Assembly (NCBI GenBank): GCA_029717555.1
Contig: JAMDHS010000027.1
Coordinates: forward strand, 124,001 to 188,000
Direction: 5' to 3'
Length of the DNA stretch: 64,000 bases
From: Peribolospora baueri
Taxonomy: Eukaryota
Part shown: positions 1 through 12,601 of the stretch, piece by piece
How positions within the stretch are numbered: position 1 is the stretch's first letter
Layout of the letters: each line of letters opens with the position of its first letter
Made by a program: the position numbers and the translations under genes
The notes under the pieces: generated by a model
Seen by the model: the letters and a program-made list of their open reading frames with translations, nothing else
Databases searched by the model: none
Told to the model about the DNA's origin: nothing

Positions 1-565
1 GGCGCGCCATGGGCGGTGCTCTGAGTGGACGTCGGGGGCGAGAGAGAGGAGGTAGAGTCGTCCGGTGCCGTCCGAGACGAGCCACAAGCGGGGGTCGATG
101 GCATGCGCGGAGGGTGGCTCGGAGCTTGTGTCGGACGAAAACGACGAAATGGGGGAGGGGAGGGTGAGGAGCGTGGTCAAGGAGGGAGTGGTAGAACGCT
201 GGTGAGGGGAGAGGGATGAGCAGCGTCAGGAACGGTCGGGTCGCTCAGGCGGAAGGGCCTCTGTGTGGCCTCGGCGAGGGAATGCGCACCCCTGTAAAGT
301 AGACGAGCACGACGTTGAGCTCTTGGTCGACGTACATCGCCTGCCCGGGCGCGCCAACGCCGAGATGGTTGTGTAGCAGGGTGCTCTGCACCTGCTTGAA
401 GCCGATGGTCTGTGCGGTGCGGCCGAATGCGAGGCCAGGAGGGGGGAGCGGGTGGGCAGCGACGACATGGTCCTGGTCAAGCGCGGCGTCGAGCCTGTAC
501 GCCTCGAAGTGCGGATTGAGGAGCGTACGATTGCGCCGCATCGGGTCGACGTGAGCGGCCGCCAT
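1..565 (-). CDS. NUDCD1: NudC domain-containing protein 1-like (5' part; gene runs off the window start)
   Basis: ATG at 565. MAAAHVDPMRRNRTLLNPHFEAYRL...LLHNHL...AMYVD resembles the NUDCD1 N-terminus (LLxPxFExYxL). Donor GTGCGC at 289, branch-like CTGAC near 229, CAG acceptor near 199. Confidence 0.7.
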
Positions 566-1363
566 GATGGATAGAGGGAGGTGAGTGGAAGCTTGGTCAC
601 GCACACACGCACGAACCGCACGAACGTCGCTCGCTCGGACGCTCCCTTGCTCGCGCGCACGTGATCGGATCGCCGTTGCGCCTGCCGCAGTCGGCGACAT
701 TCATCGATCACCGGCGGCCCATTTGTCTTCACGTGGCGCGCGGGCTGCTGACAAACCGGGCGGGTAGATTGAAATGGTGGTTTGAATTGGCGAATAGAGG
801 GATTGAAAAGGGAGGTTAAGATTATGTCATGGTTGAAACGGTCTGACGCCGTCCGGCTCGCCTCCTTCGCTCCTCTCCTCCTGGCGGTGACCGGACGGTG
901 ACGACCGTCGTCTCTTTCCTCTCTCCTCTTCTCGACGCTCACATCTCGTCCCCCTCCTACTCCCTTCCTCCTCCTCCTCCTCCTTCTCGCCTCTCGGACC
1001 GCCGCCACGCTCCTTCCATCTCACTCGTCGCCCACACGCAGCCCGTCCTCGCCGCCTTCGCTGCGCCGAACCACACGCCGTCTTCGACCGCATCTTGCGT
1101 GCATCGCTGCCGCCTCCTCCATCCATCCATCCCATCCCCCTCCCTCCAGCCCATCGTCCGTCTTCCTTCCTCCGCCCCCCATATTCACTACCATCGGATC
1201 GCCCACGGAAAGACAGAAGAGAAAGCTCACGAGCGCCCGCCCCATCGTCCACGCCAGCAACCACCCTGCCATCCGCCGGGGCAACTACCCTGTCCCAGCC
1301 TGGCCGTAGGACACCCTTCGCTTGCGGATACAGACCTGCTCGCTGCCGGGGCCCCTCCGAGAG

Positions 1364-3788
1364 ATGCCCGATCATCTCCCCCTGCCCCGCCAGCTCTCTC
1401 GTATCGTCTCCCCCTCGCCTCCTCTCTCCCACTCTCGGTCCGCCGTCGACCACCACCTTCACCCCTCAGACGCCTCCGCTTCTTCTTCCCTCTCTGCCGC
1501 CGGCCCCGCCGTTAGTGGATCTGCCGCAGGACCCTCCAGTTCCGCCTCTCATCTGCCCCCAGGCATGTCCGCTCCCGGTGCAAGCGCTTCTGCCGGCCCC
1601 GGAGATCAGAGAAGTCCGAGATACCCCGGGCCGGGAATGGCGTATCCCAGTGTGCCTTACGGTGAGCTCTCGCCCTCTTTCGTCTTCGATCATTCCACCC
1701 ATCCTTCGCCTCTGCCCCATTGCCTCTCCCGTTTCAGAGGGTTTTTTTTCTTCTTTCGTGAATGTTCGTTCAATGGTAGAGCAACGCCTAGCCGTTCACC
1801 ATGTCCGCCCGCCAGTGACTGGAGGGGGATCATGGCTGGGGCGTTCTACGGCGTGCCGGGCAGCGGACAAGCTCGTCCGACGGTATTGATTGGTCGTTGT
1901 TCATACCGACTGCCTAGACGAATACCCTCTCACACCTCTTCTTTTTCTTTTTCCTTCTCGCGCGATCCTTTGTTTACGTCACGGGATGCGACCTCGGCTC
2001 CCAACGTGAACAGGTATGCCTTCTTTTCTTTACTCTCATTTGCTCTATCGTAGCCTTGGCTCAGCAAACCATTCTTCTCCCCGTATACCCCATTCTTCTC
2101 GCCGGACCTCTAGGCACCTCCTACCCACCCCACTCTCTGCCCAGTCCAGGCATCTCGAACCTCGGCCGCTCCAGTAGTCCTTATGTCCCCGGCCATGGTA
2201 GCTTTGCACCCTTTCCTCCCTATCCTCCATACCCGCCCCAGGAAGGCTACTCCCACTCGGAGAATGCAGCAGCGGCAGCAGCCATAGCCGCCGCGCAAGC
2301 GGCTGCCGCCGCAGAACGTTCCTCGGATGCGCCGCCAGCCAAGAAACCTCGAACCAGACGTGGTGTCGCTTCTAAAGCCCGCGATGCCGGCCTCGAGGCT
2401 GGCGAGAACGAGTCGGATGCATCGCCAACACGAGGAACCGGCGGCAAGGCCAAAAACCGACGTGCGAGCACGACCAGCGCAGCTAGCCTCCCGATGGGCG
2501 CCAGCTGGAGCGGCGATTCGGACGGACAGCAGCAGCTCCAGCCGCAACCGTTCCCGTCGGCGGAGAGCGGCGCCAGCGTCGCGCCCGGTGAAGGTAGTGC
2601 GGCGGCGACATCCACGACGACGAGGACGGGGAGCACGAGGGTGCTCAGCACGAGCAAGAGGGCCGCCCAGAACCGTGCCGCTCAGAGGGCTTTTCGGGAG
2701 AGACGCGATCGGTGAGTGTCGGTGTAAGCACGCTGTGTGCGGCATCTCCGGGCCTCGCCGCAGGTTGGACGGACGATCAAGATGAAGGAGGAATGTGTTT
2801 CCTCACTCCGCTTCGTTCCTCCCATCCTCTCATCCCTTCGCGTGCGCCGGCGTACGCGTCCCCTTTTTCTTCATCCGGATGAACCTGTCGCAGATACGTT
2901 AAAGAGCTAGAGGAGAAAGCGAAGCAATTGGCCGAAGCCCTCCTGTCGGCTGAGCAACACCAGAAGCGCTACGCCGAAGCGCTCGTCACTATCGAAGGCT
3001 TGCGCTCCGAGAACGCCGCGTTGAGGACCGCGCTCGCTGCGGTGGGCGTGCCTTGGAACGCCCCTCCCGTTGGCGGTAGCAATGGAGGCCCGGGTGCGAG
3101 CGGCTCCGCGCAGGGAGGACCGACGTTGCCGCCCATCCACGGCCAACATGCCTCCATGTGGCGTCCTCCTGGGAGTCAGCCGGGAGGCGGTCCGGATACG
3201 ACGACGACCAGTGGCGCGCCTCCGGGCAGCGCGGGCGGTCAAGCCGGCTTCGACTCGTCCGCCACCGCCGTCGATCCTTTGCTCCCTCCTGCCGCCAGCC
3301 GCGCCCCGCCGTCAGCCGCCCCCGGAGGAGGAGGCCAAACAGGATCTACCTACCTCTCCCCTCTCTCCGCTTCCCACCACGGCGGCGTAGCGGCGTTCGT
3401 CGGGGGAGCGGGAGGAGCCGGCGGTCCGGCAGCGGGGATGGAGAGGAGCCCGAGCTTGGCGAGCTTGAGCGCCGCCGCCGCCGCCGCCGCTGAGGCTGCA
3501 GAGGCTGAAGAAAGGGAGGAGAGGGAGAGGGAGGAGAGGGAGAGAGAGAGGGAGGAGAGGGAGAAGGAAAAGGAAAAGGAAAAGGAAAAGGAAAAAGAGG
3601 AGGAGACGGAGAAAGAGAGAGATCGGGAGAGTGGTAGCGGTGATGGCGGTCAAGTGGCGGAAAAGGAGAAAGACGGAAACGTCATGGTGAAAGATGATGG
3701 CCGTAGCGGGGGCCGAGGAGGAGGAGGAGGAGAAGGAGCAGCGGAGGGCGGAGAGACCCAGCAGGAGCGGGACGGCGTCAGTCGATGA
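1364..3788 (+). CDS. bZIP transcription factor, Yap/AP-1-like basic region
   Basis: KRAAQNRAAQRAFRERRDR spliced (intron 2712-2893) to YVKELEEKAKQLAE...LRSENAALRTAL zipper. Likely exons 1364-1661, 2114-2711, 2894-3788. The start codon is less certain. Confidence 0.85.
3511..3625 (+). repeat. Coding hexamer repeats (GAGAGG/GAAAAG) encoding an E/R/K charged tract
   Basis: EEREEREREEREREREEREKEKEKEKEKEKEEE in the bZIP C-terminus. Confidence 0.85.
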
Positions 3789-4602
3789 CCGGCTCCGTCC
3801 GAGTCGTGGCGTTCCTGCCGTTCGTCCGTCCCGTCGGTTGGTCCGAGCTCGACTCGTGCGCGCGTGTGATGGAAGGTGAGTTGGGAGGTTCGTGTTCGGT
3901 CTGCGTGGACCGATCAGTGACCTCACATATTGCCTTTGTCTCTTTTTACCGTTCAAGGGGCCGTACACGCTCCCACGTCTGTCCCGCTTGCAACGTGGTT
4001 CGGCTCGGAATCCTCTCTTCTCTTACCGCGTCTGGCTTGCCTTTTTTCAGTCGTCTTCCGACCCCTCCCCTCGCGGAGCGCTGCAGTCGCATGTTCCTGC
4101 CCAGCGTAGTTTACATCCCTGCCCGCTCTGATCCCTCTTCGACCGTCCGGCTTGTCTAGAGACGTGCGTATGTATGCCTTCAGGGCGATCGAAAGAGTGG
4201 TCACGGATCCCTCCGACGAGACCCACTCCTTTTCCTCGCCCCCTTCCTCCTCCTCCTCCTCCTCTAATTCTTCTTTCCTTCTACCAGCAGATCAGCAATC
4301 GTCCTGCATATCCCCGCGTCGTCTGTCGTCTCTCGGCCCGGCCTTGTACCGCTTGTACTTAAAGAAAGATATGTCCCCCCGCTTCGCGCGCGATGTTTCG
4401 TTTCTTGCTTCATCATGGAATTAGCAGAAAAACAAGAAGGCTAGCTCGCAGCTCGAGGTTTCGCCTTGGGCCAAGCTTGGCCTTGGCCTTGTCTTTCCAT
4501 GTCCGTTCAAAGTCTAGTGGCTTTGCATGCACACCTCTATCTGGTATGGAGTAGACGGAGCCCCTCCTCGCATTCGTGACCGAGCCCTACGGAGCAGCGC
4601 GC

Positions 4603-4628
4603 GTACGGTACGGTACGGTACGGTACGG
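4603..4628. repeat. (GTACG)n pentanucleotide microsatellite
   Basis: gtacggtacggtacggtacggtacgg read directly. Confidence 0.85.
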
Positions 4629-5261
4629 CCATCGGCGTGACAGACGCCGCCGTTCCACTCCTTCTAGTCTAGCCGTCGTCCTTTCCGTCCGTACCTAGTA
4701 CATACTCGCATGCAGGCCGTGTCCTTCAGAGCGCGCGGCACGGGCGTCTGTCAAGGTCGAGCAACGGATGTGGAATCGATCGCGGACGGCTTCGAAGTCC
4801 CCCCTTCCCCCCCCACCCCCATGGCGCTCTCCTCCCCGTTTGTCTGCCTCGCTTTGGAGAGAGGACTGTGTGTGGTAGGCGAGGTTTGACACGAGAGAGC
4901 AGATCCCACGCGGATGACGGTCGAGACAACGCACGTTCGTTTCGTTCATAGGATGGTATGCTCGATGCTTGCATGTGTGTGGTCTATTACAAATTCATGG
5001 TCAAGATGGGGAGCGTGCCGTTGCTTGGCGGACGGCGCGAGGACGGGCATAGCGTTCGTCGCCGAGCAAAAGGGAAACTATCAGAAAAGCGACCAAAAAA
5101 TAGCGGCGAGCATAAAGGTGAAGTAAGGCAGGGAAGCAGAAAAGGACGAAGAAGAGGCAGAAACAAACATAAAAGTAATAGACAAGAAGGCTGCGCACAG
5201 TCCGATCCGACGTGAGGCGACGTTGGCTGGGGGTCGAACCCGGCTTCGAAGCCCGCTGCCT

Positions 5262-8200
5262 CTAGCGGTACGCCTCGGGCCAATCGTGCCTCCTCCTCCA
5301 CTCGCCGTAGGGACCGAAGCGAGGGTTCATCGGGAAGGATAAGCCGTCGCCTGGTGACTTTCCGATGGGAACTACAAAATGACATGGGTGCAAGACACTC
5401 AAAGGCGTATGAGTAATGGGAAATCGGGTGCGGCGACCGATGGCCTCGGGGCAGAACCAAAAGCGACTCACGCATCCATCCAACAACGCTGGGGCCCATG
5501 ATTTGCTCGAAGTTGACCCTCCAAGCGCTCCTGCTTCCACTCACTCCAGGCGTCCCCTCTTGCTGTTCCCCGGCGGCGGTGCGTATCTCCCCGTTCGCCT
5601 CCTTGTCCCCATCGAGCCACCAAGGATGTCCCTCATGCTCCAGCCTGCCCCACTCGGCATCCCAGGCCTTTCGCATCTTCCTCTGAGCCCTAAGCTTCGC
5701 TCCCAGATTCGTCGCAGCCTTCCCCACCATCCTTTCTTTCTCTTTCTCGCCCTTGTCCCCATCCTTCGGAACTCCTGCGGCGAACTCCCAGTCCGCGCCA
5801 GACCTCACCCAATCCTTCCACCCTCCCTTCACTTCGAACCACTTTCCGACGAGGAAATTCTCCCGACTCCGAGTGCGATTGACGTTCAGGTGCTCGATCG
5901 TCGTGAGGTTCAGGCTGGCAAGTCGGATGTGCACGGCGCTGAGAGAGCATGTGAAGAGCGTGAACACGAAGCCGCTTCGACAGGTAGACAAGGTTGGGGG
6001 ATGTCACAAGTGAGCTCAAAACGATGCACGACCGATCTTTCCAAATGCGACAGAGACTGAACAACACTCACAGCGGAATGAGGCTGATGACCGTTCCATC
6101 CAGCTTTGCATGCCGGACATTCCTCCTGGCCAGCGGCACGAGGACGGAGAGGAAGATATATGAAGTGAAGACGGTGGACCAGATCACAAAGTTGACAAAG
6201 AACTTGTAGTTGTGGTGACCTACGCAACCCCCCACCCAGGGCTTTCATTGTGCGTTCATCCAAAGGGCATTCATATGGAGTCGAATGCGAGTCCAAAAAG
6301 TTCGACGAAATGGCGAAACCGATGTCGAATGTAAGTTCGGCAAATAACGATACGGAAGGGACGATTCAGCGCAAAGGCGCAATAAAATAGAACGAGAGGT
6401 AGAAAGCGATTACGACAGGAAACAGAACTCACGCAGTGATGATCCATCCTCAGGACGCACTTCCCGCAGTGCTTGCAATGATGGGCCCTAGGAGGCTTCT
6501 GAAGGCCTTCCTTGAAGCAATACCTGTTCTCCGGTGCCAAAGGTGAGGTTCCTGGATCTTGTGGCCTTCTGAACGGCGGTGGAAAGAGCGCCTGGGAAGG
6601 TCGAGCGGGAGCGGTGGGAGGGGCCGACGCCGTCGGGGGCGCAGGAGAAGGGGACGAAACTGCGTTGGTCCCCGAATCGACCTCGGGATCGGAGCGTGGA
6701 TGGCTTGAGGCCATCCGGTCCACTTCTTCGCCTACCATGGCTCCAGTAGTATGAGACCCTACAACGGTAGGCAGAGTAGAATTCATTTCATCTTCTTCCT
6801 CGTCCTCCTCGACCCGTTGCCCGATGCCTAAAACGGCCTCGCTGCTTGCGTTTTTCATCGCCCCACCCCCATCCCCGGTGCCAGTCCCAGTCCCACCTCC
6901 CTCGCTCTGCTCCTCCGCCGTCAGTTGCGCCAGACTTGTGCTCCGTGGAACGTGTTGTAAAGGAAGTGAGTCTTGAGATCCGGATGGGATGGGAGATCTC
7001 GATGCTAACGTGGGAGATTGCGGTTGACCAGTGCTGGAGCGATCAAGACGAGTCGGAGAATCATCGTTGCCGGATATGCTCCTAGCCCCAAGTGAGTTGG
7101 GTGTCCAGCCATTCGCGGCTTGAGGCGAAGAGGCAGGAGCGGTATCGATCTTTCCTAGGTCTGTTTCGGTGCTCTGGCCTCGAAACGCGGACGTTGTGCT
7201 AAGACATTGAGCTGACGATTTCGGGGACGGGGGGAGTGGAGCCGTGGAGCTCCAGCTCGGATAACGCATATGGGAAGCTTCGGGGATTGCAAGAGCGGTA
7301 AGAGCAGACTGTGACCGGTCCTCCACCGCCTCTGATGTGTGTAGGCTGGGCCATCCGTGTCCAACGCTGGAGTCGGCCACCTGAGTGGACATTGCCTTTT
7401 CTTCGTCGGCTGTCCCAGGTCCAGGATGTGCGCCATTCCCAGGGGCCGAGGAAAAATGCGACGCGGAAGGGAGGGGAGGATCCGAGTGAGGGATGTGCTG
7501 CACATACGACATAAAAATGGGCCTTTAGTGCAGCACTCAAAGAAGCGCAAATCCAACATCAGGAACTCACGTCGCTGGCGTACCCTGGCCCGGTGCTAAT
7601 TACTTTGAGGTACGTCCACATGACTGTAGAAAGGAGGCGTCAGATTAAAAAGGCAGATTGCACTCTCTCATCAGCGGTTGGAAGAACCCTGACTGTGCTC
7701 CGCCGGTGAGCGTACTCACACATCAGCCAAAAAACGTTGAAGAAAACGAGGAGAACGACTGCAGAGGAGAAATCATCGGTATCAGCTTAGGAGGTCCATT
7801 CCTCACATGCACAACACGCAAGCTATGCTCACTTCCAAGCTTAGGACTGCCCAACGCTTGCGGTGTTTGGTGGAACATGGCCGTCGCAAATCGATAGGTG
7901 TACACTGCGGCGCAGCCGTGAGATTGATGGAGCGGGCGTTAGCGAGACGTAGAGCTCGAGAGATCCGCCATCGTGGCCGGCTTCCGAGGAGAGCTATCCC
8001 GTCCGCCCATGTATAGAGCAGTCTATCTGCTCGATCGCGCAGAACAGCTCACTTACCGATATAAACATAAATCACGATGGCGAACACGACTCCCACGACT
8101 AGCTTGCGTTGGAACCAGCCGTCGGGACGGTTCAGCCTCTCCGCCTTCTTCGTCTCCACTCGCTCGTTGAAACCGGCGATGTTGTCCGAGCAGCGGTCCA

Positions 8201-8420
8201 TGCAGTTGATGTACCCTGCTATGCAGGACGGCATATCGGCCATCGCCTCTGGGGAGCGTCGTCGGGCCCGTCGTTGCGAGTGCTTAGTGCCAGCCTGCGC
8301 GGGGGCACTGGCAGTCCCCTGAACGCCGGGCTGTCCCGGGGCTTGCTGCGCGGATCCAGGAGGAGCAGGGGTCGCCGCACCGTCCACCTTCACAGAACCG
8401 CCCTTCTCCTCATCAACCAT
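5262..8420 (-). CDS. DHHC-type protein S-palmitoyltransferase (Pfa3/Pfa5-like), multi-exon
   Basis: YCFKEGLQKPPRAHHCKHCGKCVLRMDHHC (~6430-6530) spliced to PWVGGCVGHHNYKFF. Also TM segments, NLTTIE (TTxE), NFEQIMG and PIG...GDGLSFPMNP. Probable ATG at 8420 (MVDEEK). Confidence 0.92.
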
Positions 8421-8691
8421 GGCGCTCGTGAAGACGTGGACGTCGTCGTCGTCGTCGTCGACGAATGCGTTCAGGCCGTTGTGAACGATGTCTCTTAGCA
8501 ACTCACTGAGTTATCCCCGTCCGATCGCGCCTAACGCCGTCGACAAGCGAGGCGAGGCGTCGGATTTCATGTTGGAAGCGATCTGACGTCGGCGGACATG
8601 CTTTCTCCATCTCTCCCATCCATGCTCGCAACTTGCTGACTGCTGCGACTGCTGAATCCGCGCTCTGGGAGACGCGGAGTGCCAAGCGATC

Positions 8692-11600
8692 ATGGAGGAC
8701 GTATGGGTCAACGCATGGTTTTCGACGGACGACTCGTCCTCCTCCTCCCCCTCCACCGCCAAGCCGTCCAGCTCGCCTACCCGCTCTTTCGCAGCCGCCG
8801 ATCTTGCGCCTAGCTGGGGAGCCGATGATGGAAGCAACGTTTGGGGAAGTAGCGCGGACACTCTGGGGAATGGGGAGGCAGAGGTGACCCCGATGGAGAG
8901 GCCAGCGCAGGCTCGAGCGGCAGATGAGGAGGACGAAGAGAATCCGTACGGACTGACTTCACCAGCGCGATCGGATCGAGGTGCAAGTGCGGACCACGTC
9001 CTGGACGGAGGATGGGGCTCATCTCTAGATGATTCCCCTCTGCCGGCGGAGCATCTCCCAGACCCTTCTCGAAAAGTAGACGATTTGCAAGCCAGCGTGA
9101 CCGGTCTATCGATGGCCTCGGTCGACTTTGCGTGGTCACAGTCGTATTCATCTCCTGCTTCGCCTGTCAAGCTCCGGGACGAGCAATCGTCTTTGTCTAC
9201 GGGCACGGAAGCTGCTACGGAGCCGTATGTCAGCGCAAAACGCTCTACGACGGATTTGGGCGGCTGGGCGAGCCTCGGTGCAGCAGGGCCGTCTGTTTGG
9301 GGTGGTGCTCCTTCCAGCCCAGGAATGGCTAAAACAGCAGACCTCTCCACCCCTTCTGGTACCGATGACACTACCATAGGAGAGGACAAAGAGGTGGCTT
9401 CCAAGCCTACAGCCGTGACCGTCGCTTCGCCTCAAGGAGAGACCAGTCCTACTATCAGCCGAACTCTGGCGATCGCGTCTCTCCCGGTGCCAGCTGCTCT
9501 CGGATCTTCCAGTGCAGGCGCATGGGGCGGAACGAGCTCTGAAGACGGCGGGTGGGGATCTGTGTCGGCTGTAGGAGCTCCTTTAGGGGATGCCGGTTTC
9601 GCTGAAGTCGACGGTGGTGTCGGCGTTTCGACCTGGGACGGCGCAGAGACGAGCGAAAGGAACGAAATGGTGGAAGAGGAGGCAGGAAATGCTGGCGATG
9701 CGTGGGCGCAAGAGAGTCAGGCAAGGGCGTTCAACAGGAAGCCGTTGGTAAGTATCTCGCACTAGGCAACTCGCTGCTTCGATGAGCTGACGCATTGCTC
9801 GGATCGCGCTGTCCTTCATCCTCTTCACGGTCACCTCGCAGCCACATGACTTTCTCGACACCATGTATGCGAAATCTCGCGAGTTTATCCGAGTCGATCT
9901 TCCCGCCCCTCAGATCTCCTCTTTCCGACAAGCGGGAATGGACGAGTCCTCGGCCATTGCCGATATGTTTTCCCCCGCCGCCTCTTCAACATCGGAGGAT
10001 GAGGAAAAGCTCCGCACCATCTACGCCTTGTTTTCTCGCCCGCCGCCGAAACTCCTCAACGAATCGGGACTGGTCGTTTCGGCCTCTGCGCTTTGGACGG
10101 AGAACATGTCGCCCGCTACATATTCGCATGTCCAAGAGGCGATGAAACGGACGGAGCTACAGGGCAAAGTGTGGGGCGCGCCGCTCGCCACTGCCACGGC
10201 TAGCGTGGCCTCGGGTGCGGCGTCCAGGAAGGCAGGAGCGGGCTGGAAGATGATGGGGGTTGCAGCCGGTAGAATGGGTGCCCACGGTCGGCACGGGTCC
10301 GGATCGTCGTGGACGTACGACAGCCAGGGTGCCCCGGCCTCGGTCGACCTGCAAACGGACCGAAAAGCACTTCAGCGTCAGAGCTTCGATATTAGCAGCC
10401 TCAACCCTGCCGAACGGATGCAGGCTACTGGGAAGGCCTTGTTGGGCATGTTGGGTGGCATTGCGGGGCCGAGGCCCATGGAGATTGTGGACGGGAGTCT
10501 GGGAGAGGATGATCCCGACCTCTTCGACGATACCTCCAATGGCACACGGGCAACACAGGCCGGACCATCCACGGCAACCAAAGCTCGTCCTCTCTCCGCT
10601 GGCGAAACACCCGCGAGGAGTCCATTCCCGTCCCTCTTCTCTACCTTCTCGTCTTCCTCGTCCTCAGTGGCTCCTTCCGTCCAACCCCCAGATCTCATCT
10701 CCACAGTGCCGCAACCCACAACGTCGGCCGCTCCAGCGTCTCAGCAGAGCGGATCTGCCGTCTCCCGCTTCCTCGGAAGACTGCGAAAGCCGACCGCCAA
10801 CAAGGCAGATGGTAACGTGACTTTCTCGGAGGGCGATCTCGACTTTCTGGACACTACGTCGCCGAGCGATTCCAGTGCCGGGTTCGATGGGAATGCTGGT
10901 GCTGCGGATGCGGGACAAGACTGGGAGGAGTTCTTCTCCGCCGCGAGTCCGGGAATGGGCGTCGCCAACGCCAACGCAGTCTCGACGACTTCGACAGCCG
11001 TACCTCGAGCAATGACCAAGGATCATCCGCGCGCTGCGCCGGTCGTACCCGTTCTCGCCCCGCCACCGTCTTCGAGTGCGAGTACCGTGCCGCCGAGGAT
11101 AGCCAGCCCACAGGCTACGTCTCGGTCAACATCGGTGCCGACCGGTTCGCAGAAGATGACAGGTAATGGCGGGGCGGGGCTAGGTTTGGATGATTTGGAC
11201 GACTTGCTTTCGGATGGAAAGGCGCCTGCGTTTGCGTCGTCTGCGGCGACGACGTCTCGACCTTCATCTCAGATCCTTTCCTTCGGGGCGCTCCGATCTC
11301 AGCCAACCTCTACGGGCGAAGCGCCGCGAGCAGACGGCTCGACATACGCCGGGCTCAGTATACCGCGCGCAGGCGAGAGAGATGCTGCGTCGTCTCCTCT
11401 CCACTCCGCCACCGATGAGTTCTTCCCCATCGCTTCGATCTACAATCCTGCTCAGCCGCCGATGAGCGACGCGCCGGGGATGTCATTGACAGATTCAAGG
11501 AATGTGGTGGTCACCGGCGGAAGAGAACAGCGGCGCGGCGGGCATTCACGCCAGGACAGCCTGATCAAGGGTCGGTATCGCGGGAGGACGAGCCTGGATG

Positions 11601-12601
11601 CGGAGTCAGTGACGCAGCCCACCTTGGGTCCTCGCGGCATTCTTGCTCCCAACAACATGTCCAGTTATGGCTCGAGCCCGTTGGGACGACGGTACGACGG
11701 CTTGGACGGATCAACAGAAACGGGCGTCTCGGACGAAGAACGGGAAGGGGATGGATTTGGAGGATACAAGAGCAATCGAACGAGCCCCATGGTGCAAAAC
11801 TTCGCGAACATAGGAAACTTGCTCCCTCATCTGGGGATCGCCGGTGGTGGGTCGAAGAACTACGTCGGAGCCAAGGATAACTTGTTCATCGGACGTGGAC
11901 GGGAGGAGCAAGACGACGGATGGGGTGGATTCGAGGATGCGAGTACGGCTCTGGGCGTGGGAGGAGGCAGTGGTCAAAGTGGCGGCCAAGGCGGCACGGG
12001 GAAGAGGGATGAGGGTGGGGAAGAGGAGGACGAGTACGACTGGGGATGGAGCGCCGTGCCGTCGCACCGCCAGTCGGCGTCTGTGGGCCCGGCTGGGAGT
12101 TCTTCCAGTTCACAGGACTTTCGCTTTGCGCCTCCCCCCCTTTCCGCATCTCCGTCGCCCAAGAGACCAACCGCGAAGGCGACGGTGTCCGCAAAACGCT
12201 TATCCGCCCATTTGCCTCCCCCGCCTACGAGCTCGCCTTCGACCGCGACGGTACCGACGACGCGACCTCCTCCATCACAGCCCGTCATCCCGCTCGTGCC
12301 CCCACCGCCAGGGCCAAGCTCTACTACCATCCGACCTCTTTCTCCCCCCGCCGCATCGTCCGCCCGCTCCGCGTCCCTATCGCCAGCGCCACCACCACCT
12401 GTGGCTGACGACCTGAACGCTCTCTTCGGCGACTTTGCTTTCGCCTCTCCGGCCGCCTCGGCGACTGGTTCGGCCGTGCAGCGCAAGCCAGTAGTGACCT
12501 CACCGGCGCCTGCGAGCTCGTCGACGCAGACCGTCGGCGGGAAGGCGACAGGGGGGGGCGGCTTATCGGCGGCCGACCTGAGCTTTTTCGACAGCTTGTG
12601 A
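8692..12601 (+). CDS. Large intrinsically disordered protein with acidic aromatic adaptor-binding-like motifs
   Basis: Two exons, 8692-9747 and 9842-12601, joined in frame by a GTAAGT...CAG intron. S/P/G/D-rich; ends GLSAADLSFFDSL. Confidence 0.8.

Noticed and set aside
4469..4482. 14-bp palindrome GGCCAAGCTTGGCC
   Set aside because: Isolated, embedded in CCTTGG repeats, with no TIR/TSD structure.
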